From NCBI RefSeq assembly GCF_005696695.1, contig NZ_CP040006.1:1380001-1412000 (forward strand): a DNA stretch of 32,000 nucleotides, read 5' to 3'. Under the pieces are notes generated by a model. It was given only the letters and a program-made list of their open reading frames with translations, was not told the origin of the DNA and ran no database searches. A program made the position numbers and the translations under genes. Below are positions 9,723 to 17,900 of this stretch, piece after piece; position 1 is the stretch's first letter; the number at the start of each line of letters is the position of its first letter. Source of the DNA: Schaalia odontolytica. Lineage in GTDB: Bacteria > Actinomycetota > Actinomycetes > Actinomycetales > Actinomycetaceae.

Positions 9723-10010
9723 TTATGCCTTCAGTGCTAGCAGGCCGTCAGAAATGAAACGACGCACAAGCTCACTGCGGGTTTGTCCGAGTTCCCCGGC
9801 AGCCTCGTCGAGCTCTCGAACTAGGGATTCGGGCAGGCGCGTGCCGACCGGCATCGTGTCCTCGCCGAAGAGCTGCGGACGACCCGGCAGGACCTTCCAC
9901 GATCCGTCGCATTCGCCCGCTTCGAAGCGCTGAGCATCTGCTTCAAGGTCAGCGTCGGTAACGGTGATCCCTCCCGCGAGACGGTAGGTCCCCTCTTGTT
10001 TCTTGCTCAT
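9723..10010 (-). CDS. Ribbon-helix-helix (CopG/BrnA-like) putative antitoxin
   Basis: 95 aa. The C-terminal segment VGTRLPESLVRELDEAAGELGQTRSELVRRFISDGL fits a beta-strand/helix/helix RHH pattern. It overlaps the upstream ORF by 4 nt (ATGA). Confidence 0.6.
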   Translation of the reverse strand: MSKKQEGTYRLAGGITVTDADLEADAQRFEAGECDGSWKVLPGRPQLFGEDTMPVGTRLPESLVRELDEAAGELGQTRSELVRRFISDGLLALKA

Positions 10011-10291
10011 TGCCCTCTCCTCTCAGGTCCAAATACTTCGGTCATCATTTTCTTTGAAGGCGGTGTCATCGCGTGATAGATGAGAATCGTGCCATCTTCT
10101 TGCAGAGCAGCAAGGAGTTCTAACAGCCGCCCGTTCCTGTCGTATCCCAGCGCAGCGTATGCGGGCCAGTACGGTGAGTCCACGCGTTCGGCGCACTCGA
10201 CTGCATACACCCATGCGTGAATCGCATCTTCGTCGGCGATCTCAGGATGTCGCGCGCTCACGCGCGGATGGACAACAACCGGCACGTCCAT
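10007..10291 (-). CDS. Small putative toxin partner (BrnT/DUF4258-like organisation; family uncertain)
   Basis: 94 aa, with GGAGGTGA upstream of the ATG. The layout HP.I...D..HAW...G.D.NGRLLE......DGT.LIYHAM recalls small RelE/BrnT-fold toxins. It is translationally coupled to the RHH gene. Family assignment is from memory only. Confidence 0.45.
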   Translation of the reverse strand: MDVPVVVHPRVSARHPEIADEDAIHAWVYAVECAERVDSPYWPAYAALGYDRNGRLLELLAALQEDGTILIYHAMTPPSKKMMTEVFGPERRGQ

Positions 10292-10322
10292 CGGCGCCTC
10301 ACCTCCCCTGCGACCATGCCAG

Positions 10323-10342
10323 GAATTTCGTTAACAAAATTC
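10323..10342 (-). promoter_or_regulatory. 20-bp near-perfect palindrome overlapping a -10-like TAGAAT: candidate operator of the toxin/antitoxin operon
   Basis: GAATTTCGTTAACAAAATTC has one mismatched pair. It lies 32-51 nt upstream of the toxin ATG. On the minus strand it overlaps TAGAAT (10339-10344). The patch is locally AT-rich in a GC-rich background. Confidence 0.45.
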
Positions 10343-10431
10343 TAACGCTGTCCTCACGGGCGTGCTGGTCAATGCAATCAATGGTCGATCGAAGCCAGGA
10401 ACGGTGACCATCGCCCGAGAAAGCCGCTCCC

Positions 10432-10619
10432 CTAGTCTGCGAGGCGCTGGGAGACCACCGTCGTGACGCCGTCGCGCATCGTGACGCCATAGAGGGCATC
10501 CGCGATCTCCATCGTGCGCTTCTGGTGCGTGATGACAATCAGCTGCGAGGTCTCCTGCAGCTCCTTGAAAATCGCCAGCAGGCGCGTCAGGTTCATGTCG
10601 TCCAGGGCGGCCTCGACCT
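10432..10619 (-). pseudogene. Truncated extra copy of the smc 3' end (last ~62 codons plus stop)
   Basis: Gap-free alignment to 14936-15123. I count 7 mismatches in 188 nt, 6 of them synonymous in the smc frame. It encodes ...[61 protein letters not shown]. Confidence 0.9.
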
Positions 10620-10833
10620 GGACTCCGATCCTCAGACTGGACCCGTATGGAACTCAAGAAATCACCCGGATGATCTGCAAGCAGGTGAAGTCCAAGAACA
10701 AGAGCGCCAGCATCGTGACGCACGATCGCCCGATCCTGCCCTAGGTGGACACGATCTACGAGCTCACGCACGGCACGCGCACCAAGCTCGAGGCCTGCGC
10801 GCGGCGAGCGCTCCATGCACAGGGAAGCTACGA
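10617..10833 (+). pseudogene. Truncated, decayed extra copy of the ABC-ATPase 3' end
   Basis: 10637-10798 aligns gap-free to 9479-9640, with 24 mismatches in 162 nt by my count. Tyr TAC has become TAG at 10742-10744, and the stop TGA has become TGC at 10796-10798. Similarity continues about 35 nt past the stop. 10620-10636 is an imperfect re-copy of the breakpoint sequence. Confidence 0.85.
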
Positions 10834-11021
10834 CATTGGAAAGAACCGATGCCGCCGCGACACCTATCTAGTGAGCGATGACGCCCCTTCGAACACCCCA
10901 AGAGCGCGGGAAACAACAATCAGATCAGATGCTCTAACGCTCCACGACCGCACCGCATAGCCATGTTGAATGGAACAAAGTCCACACGCCAACTTGTATT
11001 TGAAGCAAACCTGCAGGATGT

Positions 11022-11048
11022 TTGACAGTTACGGCGCATCCGTACACT
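11022..11048 (+). promoter_or_regulatory. Candidate promoter of the island operon
   Basis: TTGACA (11022-11027), a 15-nt spacer, then TACACT (11043-11048), about 45 nt upstream of the ATG at 11094. The spacing is short for sigma-70, so this is weakly supported. Confidence 0.3.
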
Positions 11049-11093
11049 AAAAGTGCTACGGTTCAGAAAAGTTCACCGACGAACGGAACGACC

Positions 11094-13115
11094 ATGAAAC
11101 TAAAATCCGTGCGGATACAGGGATACAGAGCCCACAAAGACACAACAGTAACGCTTGACAACGACCTTACCGTCATAGTCGGACGTAACAATACCGGAAA
11201 AACATCATTCATCGAAATCATCGATAAGTTCATCGGCGCAAATAAGAGAAACGGTATTCACGCGACGGACTTTTCTGCAGACCAACGCACTCAACTATTT
11301 AAATACGTACACAACAGAAGTAAGAAAACGAAAACGGAACAACTCATTCCAACAATCACTTTGACACTCAGTATCGACTACAGCCTCCAAGAAGATTCCG
11401 CTGAAGACATTGCCACCATCGCTCCATACTTCACCACTCTCGACACCACGTGCACAACGCTCGAAATTGTATGTAGATACGCACCTTCTAATGAAGAGTC
11501 TATAAAACGCGCGCTATCCGAAGTGCGAACAATGAGAGACAGGGATAAAGAAGATAAAATCTTGAGCCTCATTGAAAACTACGGAGAATACAAGACCACA
11601 TACAGCGCTCAATCAACCTTTGACGATCCCGAATTAGAAAAGCCAAACGAAGCTTGGGTCCTCACCAAAGAAGAAGTGCGAGCTATCGTGAATACTGAGT
11701 ACATCTACGCTCAGATCAACCTCGACGATACATCCACAGACAACAGTCACCATTTATCGTCCGCATTTGAACGCTTTTACAAAGAAGTCGCAGAAGATAC
11801 CGAGCTACGACAAAGTCTAGATGATCGTATAGATGACATGCAGTCCACGCTATCAACAGCATATACTAACTTTTTCGAAGAAGCTCTCGACCAAATCCAA
11901 CGCTTTACAAGCGTTACGAGCGCAGGATCATTGACACTCAAAGTTGAATCAGAGTTGAACACTTCACGAATGATTAACTCGACGACACGAGTAAAATATA
12001 CCGATAATGCATCGAGCCAAACCTACCCCGAGTCTCACAACGGCTTGGGATACTCAAGACTGACGTACACGATCCTGCAAATCCTCGCCTTCAAGGAACG
12101 TTGGAAGCACGCACAACGATTAACACCGATCAACATACTTTTTATTGAAGAACCCGAGGCACACCTCCATCCGCAGATGCAGGAGGTCTTCATTCGCCTT
12201 GTAAGCAACCTCCTCGACAGAGGCAGCCAACTTATCGTCACCACGCACTCTTCACACGTGCTGAGCGAACGCAATCTCAAGAGTCTACGCTACTTTAAAC
12301 GCATCAACACCAGTGTTACATGCAACGATATCTCAAAATGGGCAGTCAAATTAAAAAAGGACGACATCAAAGCTTACACCACGGTTTCGAACTACGTTCA
12401 ACTAAGAATCTCTGACCTATTTTTTGCAGACTGCGCGATCCTAGTCGAAGGCGCAGCGGAACGACTATTACTTCCTAAGGCGATTCAAACCAGCTGCCCT
12501 ATTCTCCGCTCGATCCACTACACAATTATTGAAGTTGGCGGAACCTACGCGCGACATATCATTCCTTTATTGGAAGAGATCGGCCTCCCGTCGATCGTTA
12601 TTACGGACATTGACAGCGTCGAAGACAAGCAACATGGAAAGAAAGTCGAACCACACCCATCAGCCAAACAGCGATGTGGAAATCCAACCATCACTCGTTA
12701 TTTACCCAACCGTTCGATCAAGGAACTTCTGACTCTCAACACAGTAGATAAAGTACACAATGGACTTATACGCATATGCTACCAAGCCGAACCAGATAGT
12801 TACAAATCGCCACGAAAATACGCACGCACATTAGAAGATGCCTTGATATACGCGAATGCCCAGCTGTTCACATCGACAGGCTTTCAAGACCATTTTGAAG
12901 AGCCAGTAATGAAGGAGAAGCTAAAAGAACAACATAACGCAAAAGGAATAGCTAAGGAAGCCTATAGCATTGTGACAGACGACCGCTTCCAAAAAACGAC
13001 ATTCGCTATCGATTGCAGCCTAATGGACGATCTCACGATTCCCCCTTACATCAAAGAGGGACTGACATGGCTTGAAGAAGTGTTAACAATCACTCCGTTA
13101 ACGCTCAATGACTAA
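11094..13115 (+). CDS. gajA: OLD-family ATP-dependent endonuclease (ABC-type ATPase + C-terminal Toprim), GajA-like
   Basis: 673 aa from MKLKSVRIQGY. Walker A GRNNTGKTS (aa 30-38), Walker B ILFIEEPEAHLHP (aa ~348-360), H-loop VTTHSSH. Toprim Glu in AILVEGAAERLLLP (aa ~449-461), DxD in VITDIDS (aa ~502-508), and a later RTLEDAL. The ORF-track start at 11022 falls in the promoter-like TTGACA and is rejected. Confidence 0.8.
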   Translation: MKLKSVRIQGYRAHKDTTVTLDNDLTVIVGRNNTGKTSFIEIIDKFIGANKRNGIHATDFSADQRTQLFKYVHNRSKKTKTEQLIPTITLTLSIDYSLQEDSAEDIATIAPYFTTLDTTCTTLEIVCRYAPSNEESIKRALSEVRTMRDRDKEDKILSLIENYGEYKTTYSAQSTFDDPELEKPNEAWVLTKEEVRAIVNTEYIYAQINLDDTSTDNSHHLSSAFERFYKEVAEDTELRQSLDDRIDDMQSTLSTAYTNFFEEALDQIQRFTSVTSAGSLTLKVESELNTSRMINSTTRVKYTDNASSQTYPESHNGLGYSRLTYTILQILAFKERWKHAQRLTPINILFIEEPEAHLHPQMQEVFIRLVSNLLDRGSQLIVTTHSSHVLSERNLKSLRYFKRINTSVTCNDISKWAVKLKKDDIKAYTTVSNYVQLRISDLFFADCAILVEGAAERLLLPKAIQTSCPILRSIHYTIIEVGGTYARHIIPLLEEIGLPSIVITDIDSVEDKQHGKKVEPHPSAKQRCGNPTITRYLPNRSIKELLTLNTVDKVHNGLIRICYQAEPDSYKSPRKYARTLEDALIYANAQLFTSTGFQDHFEEPVMKEKLKEQHNAKGIAKEAYSIVTDDRFQKTTFAIDCSLMDDLTIPPYIKEGLTWLEEVLTITPLTLND

Positions 13116-14871
13116 CGAAGATACCAATATGAATAGCGAAATATTTGCATCAATTCGGTGCGGCAAGAATTTTATTTTCGAAGCGGGGCCAGGCTCCGGA
13201 AAGACAACCTCACTCATTCAAACGCTACGAAAGATACTTGACCAACCCGGCGACACCATCAACACGCAGAAACAGAAGATCGCTTGCATTACGTTTACGA
13301 ATGTTGCTGCCAACGAAATCATCGAGCGCCTCGATGACGATTCTAACGTCGTTCAGGTGTCGACGATTCACAGCTTCCTCTGGAATCAGATTAAGCCCTA
13401 TCAATCAGAGCTATGTGACATCATCACCAGCATAAACAATGATCCGAACAGGCCCGCGAAAAAGATCATCTCAAACCTCGATCTCAACGGCATCGAGATT
13501 CGATACGTCGACGGATACGCCGATCTAACAAAAGGCGAAATTTCCCACGATGATGTGCTGGAAATTGCATATCACATGTTCAAACATCACCCGGTCCTGG
13601 GTCACGTTACCAGGTGCCGATATCCAATCGTATTCTTAGACGAATATCAAGACACTCAGCCAATTGTTATCGACACGCTAAAACATATCCTTACGCTCGA
13701 ACCAAGAGCAGACTTCGGATACGCGCGATTCTTAGTCGGACTGTTTGGCGATTCCATGCAGAGTATTTACAACACCGGAATCGGAAGCGTGCAGCCCACC
13801 GACCTAAACGCGGTCACAATCACCAAAACTGACAACCATCGTTCAACAGACACAATCGTTAACTTGATTAATGCGGTTCGCGCAAGGAGCAAGGAAGCAA
13901 TGCCTGTGATCCAAACCGCAACAAGACCCGATCAGCCCTCTAGTTCCAGATGTTCCCTATATTACACAACCGACAACGTCGAGGTGACTCATTCGACGCT
14001 TGAATCCATTTCTAGACATTTCGGCTGGATACTCGGCATGGATACCAAGATACTCGAGCTGACCCATTCAGCAATTTCACGCACAGCCGGCTGGAATAGT
14101 CTTCACAGCGCAATAAACGATCGCAGTCGTTACGCATTGGACGACTTTCGAAAAGGAGACGACATTTATTCCAGTATTTTTTCTTTTTTAACTAGGTTAT
14201 ACAGAGCCTGGTCTGCCGATGACGGCTTCGAAGCACTCAACTTACTTAGATTCCATTCACCCGGATCACTGAGAGAAAGGACGTTGTTCGGTTCGAGTGA
14301 CGAAATGCAGCACTGGTCCTCACTTCTCGACGAATTCACAACGCGTTGTTCATCACGCGATCTTACACAATGTTCCATTTCGTCGATTCTCAACTTTGCC
14401 TGGGATAACGATATTTGCAAACAGGATTTTCGAATTGCACAATATCTGGAACGAACGGACTTTCAGAACGAGGAACATAAGGTACGGCGCGACAACTTCA
14501 TCCACGCTCTTGATTCTATTCCTTTTTCGGAATTACTCAAGTTTTCCGAATACCTGGATAAGACAAGCCCTTTTTCCACTGAGCATGGCACAAAGGGAGC
14601 AGAATATGACAACGTGATTCTCATCATTGATGATAAGACTTGGAAACACCAGTACAGGGTCTCAGCTCTATTTGGTTCAGACGACCATATTGATGCTCGT
14701 AAAGAAAGAACACTGAGACTATTTTATGTTGCAATTTCACGCGCACGGAACAATCTTGTCGTCGTTTACAAGAATCCTACAGCTGATAGTATTGCCGGCG
14801 CCGAGGAACTATTTGGCACAAACAACGTCCAGCCACTTGAGGAGATCTTGCCCGACATCGCTATTTCTTAG
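13108..14871 (+). CDS. gajB: UvrD/PcrA/Rep-like superfamily 1 helicase, GajB-like
   Basis: 587 aa. Motif I EAGPGSGKTT, Ia ITFTNVAANEI, STIHSFLW, II VFLDEYQDT, III LFGDSMQSIY, IV DNHRST, and C-terminal HGTKGAEYDNV and LFYVAISRARNNLVVV. The ATG overlaps the gajA-like stop by 8 nt. An alternative ATG is at 13129. Confidence 0.8.
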   Translation: MTNEDTNMNSEIFASIRCGKNFIFEAGPGSGKTTSLIQTLRKILDQPGDTINTQKQKIACITFTNVAANEIIERLDDDSNVVQVSTIHSFLWNQIKPYQSELCDIITSINNDPNRPAKKIISNLDLNGIEIRYVDGYADLTKGEISHDDVLEIAYHMFKHHPVLGHVTRCRYPIVFLDEYQDTQPIVIDTLKHILTLEPRADFGYARFLVGLFGDSMQSIYNTGIGSVQPTDLNAVTITKTDNHRSTDTIVNLINAVRARSKEAMPVIQTATRPDQPSSSRCSLYYTTDNVEVTHSTLESISRHFGWILGMDTKILELTHSAISRTAGWNSLHSAINDRSRYALDDFRKGDDIYSSIFSFLTRLYRAWSADDGFEALNLLRFHSPGSLRERTLFGSSDEMQHWSSLLDEFTTRCSSRDLTQCSISSILNFAWDNDICKQDFRIAQYLERTDFQNEEHKVRRDNFIHALDSIPFSELLKFSEYLDKTSPFSTEHGTKGAEYDNVILIIDDKTWKHQYRVSALFGSDDHIDARKERTLRLFYVAISRARNNLVVVYKNPTADSIAGAEELFGTNNVQPLEEILPDIAIS

Positions 14872-14935
14872 GCGATTGTTAATAGTGGCTTCTGTATAAC
14901 TGGCTCGTTTCCTTTTGCGTCCTTAATGAAGTTTC

Positions 14936-17900
14936 CTAGTCCGCGAAGCGCTGGGACACCACCGTCGTGACGCCGTCGCGCATCGTGACGCCGTAGAGGG
15001 CATCCGCGATCTCCATCGTGCGCTTCTGGTGCGTGATGACGATGAGCTGCGAGGTCTCCTGCAACTCCTTGAAAATCGCCAGCAGGCGCGTCAGGTTCAT
15101 GTCGTCCAGGGCGGCCTCGACCTCGTCCATGACGTAGAACGGGGACGGGCGCGCCTTGAAGATCGCGACCAGGAACGCGATCGCGGCCAGGGAACGCTCG
15201 CCGCCCGACAGCAGGGACAGGCGCTTGACCTTCTTGCCCGCGGGGCGAGCCTCGATCTCGATGCCGGTCGAGAGCATGTCGTCCGGGTCGGTGAGCACCA
15301 GGTCGCCCTGGCCGCCCGGGAACAGCACGCCGAACACGTGCTCGAACTGCTCGCGCGTCTCGGCGAAGGCCGACGCGAAGGCCTCCTCCACCAGGCGATC
15401 CACGTCCTGCACGATGCGAAGCAGGTCCGCCTTCGAAGCTTTGAGGTCCTGGACCTGGTCCACCAGGAACTTGTGTCGCGAGGCCAGCGCCTCGTGCTCC
15501 TCGAGCGCCAGGGGGTTCACGCGCCCCAGCTTCTCCAAGTCCTTCTGTGCCTTGGCGAGCGCTCGTTCCTGCTCGGCGCGCACGTAGGCGCTCGGCTCGG
15601 CGGCTGCGGCCTTCTCAACCTGGTCGGGGTCGAGCGGCAGCATCGGCACCAGCATCTGCGGCCCGAACTCGGCGAGCAGCTGCTCGGGCTCGAGAGACAG
15701 TTCTTCGAGGGCGCGCCGTTGCAGATCCTCGACACGCAGGCGCGTCTGTTCGGCGGCTATCTGCCCCTGGTGGGCCGAGGCCGTGGCCTCCGACAGCTCG
15801 GCGCTCAGCCGGTCCAGGGCGCGGCGTGCGTCCGAGACCTCCTGGGAGACCTGGGAGCGTCGCTCACTCAGGCGGTCGCGCTCGGCGGCAGCCTGAGCCA
15901 GGGCGCGCTCGGCGGCCTCGAGGGCGACGCGGGCTGCGGCCTCCACGTCCGAGGCCGTGGCCAGCTCCGTCTTGCGCGCGGCCTCGCGCCGGGCGTAGCG
16001 GGCGCGCTCCTCGCGCTCGGCGGCGGCTGCTTGGCGCAGGGAGCGGGCGCGGGAGGCGGCGCGCCGCGATTGCTCTTCGAGGGCTCGCAGGCTCAGGCGC
16101 GCCTCGTTTTCGGCCTCGCGGGCCTCGCGTGCCGCCCGTGAGGCGGCATCCGCGCGGGCCTGGGCGTCTTCGAGGGACTCGGGCGGGCCGACGGTGTCGG
16201 CACCGTCGAGGCGTGCGCGCGCAGCCACGTCCTGCTCGCGGGCCCAGGTCACTTGCTCGTCGGCGCGGCGTGCCACATCGTGGGCGCGCTCTGCTTCGGC
16301 TCGGGCGGCCTGCGCGGCCGACTGGGCGCGGGCCAGCTCCTGGGCTTCCTTGGCGCGCTGCGCGTCTTCCTCGCGCAGGGCCTTCAGGGCGTCGTTTGCC
16401 TCGCGGATGCAGCGGTCCAGGTGGGCGTTTGCCTCGCTGAGCTGCTCGGAGACCTCGGCCATGCGGGCCCGAGCGGCCTCGGCCAGCGCGTAGGCCTCCT
16501 CGTAGTCTGCGCGCACGGAGAGCACGGAGGAGGCCTGGCGGCCACCCTCCACCGACCAGGAGCGCAGCACGTCGCCGCCCGACGTGACGACGGCGCGCAC
16601 GCCTGGCATGTCCAGCACGTCAGCGGCGGCCTCAAGCGAGCACGCGACAACCCCGTCCAGCAGGGACGCGAGCGGAGCTGCGGCCCCCTCGCAGACGACG
16701 ACGTCGGACAGCCACGTCGCACCCTCGGGCAGATCGGCACGGACGGCCCCGATGGTCCCCTCTGCGGGACCATCAGAAGGACCGGAAGAATCAGATGCCA
16801 CGACCAACCGCAGCGAGCGCCCGGCCGCGCGGGCGGCGTCCAGCTCGCCCAGGCCTCGGGCGAGGGAGTCGACGACGACGGCGTCGGCGAAGGGAGCCAG
16901 CGCCGCGGCGACGGCGTCCTCGAAACCGGGGGTGACGTGCAGGAGGGGCGCGACCTGGCCGAGCACGCCGGGGCGTCCCAGCAGCTCGGCGGTGCCGTCC
17001 TCGGGGGCGAGCAGCTGCTCAAGCGCGTCGCGGCGCGCCTCCCAGCGCGCGCGGTCGGCCCGCGCCTCGCGTTCGATGCCGAGCAGCTCGTCCACGCGGG
17101 CACGCGCGGCGTCGCGGCGGGCGGAGGCCTCGGCGTGTGCGCGGGCCGCTCCCCCGCTGGCTTCTTCCTCGGACGAGGCCCCCTCAGCAACATCAACAGA
17201 GCCCACAGACGACGCGGGCACTGCCTTCTCGGCAGCCTCGGCGCGCTCCTGGGCCGCGCGGTAGGCGCCCCACGCGCGGTCGGCCTCGGCGATGGCGGCC
17301 TCTAAGCGAGACGCGGCCGTGGAGGCGTCGCCCGTCAGGCGCGCGACCTTCTCGCGGTGGTCGGCAATGACGCGGTTGACGCGGGCCAGCTCGCGCGACG
17401 CGGAATCGTCGGCATCCTCCGCGGCCTCGCGCGCACGAGTCGCGGACGTCAGTGCGGAGCGTGCGGCTTCGACCTGGCCGGCCAGGGCCGCATCCTCGGC
17501 GCCGGCGATGCGGGCGCGCTCGTCAAGCACGTCGGGGTCCTCGCCGCCCGGGGGCAGCTCGGGGGTCGCCCGCAGCGAGACCTTCTGGGTCGCAGCCATC
17601 AGCGTGCCGCGCAGGCGCTCGGTGATCGTGGTCAGCGCCTGCCAGTCGGAGGATGCCTGCTCGAGCGCCGGCGAGGAGGCACGCTCAGCGTCCTCCAGGC
17701 GCGCTAGCTCGGCGCGCGCGGCTGCAATCTGTTCCTCGAGCGAGGCCCGGCGGGCGGCGGCCGACTCGTCCGATGCCTCGAGCACGGATAGCTTCGACAG
17801 CGCAGACGCCAGGTCATCGGCGAGCAGGCGGGCCTTCGCGTCGCGCACGCGCGCCTGAATGAGGGACGCGCGACGAGCAACCCGCGCCTGGCGAGCCAGG

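Larger units (their letters stand above)
10834..14935. other. Low-GC genomic island (two-gene defence cassette), with no integrase or transposase
   Basis: Base composition drops visibly. Hand counts of a few 60-nt lines give about 35-52% GC, against about 65-70% in the flanks. Codons are A/T-ending. The right edge coincides with the smc stop codon. The left edge is where similarity to the ABC-ATPase downstream region ends. Confidence 0.7.

Noticed and set aside
10331-10816. 161-aa minus-strand ORF spanning the scar region.
   Set aside because: It is out of frame with the smc-tail fragment and antisense to the ABC-tail fragment. It is an artefact of two fused gene remnants, not a gene.
10745-10960. 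71-aa plus-strand ORF ([21 protein letters not shown]...).
   Set aside because: It is the distal part of the decayed ABC-ATPase fragment, reading through its mutated stop codon into non-coding DNA. It begins just after the in-frame TAG.
11022-11093. N-terminal extension of the OLD-family ORF (MTVTAHPYTKSATVQKSSPTNGTT...).
   Set aside because: The alternative start lies inside a promoter-like TTGACA. OLD/ABC ATPases begin a few residues before the beta-strand that leads into Walker A, and MKLKSVRIQGY fits that.
15500-17900. Periodic Ala/Arg/Glu-rich repetition in the middle of smc, which might look like a DNA tandem repeat or array.
   Set aside because: It is the low-complexity coding sequence of the SMC coiled-coil arms. 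There are no exact DNA repeat units or spacers, so it is not CRISPR-like.
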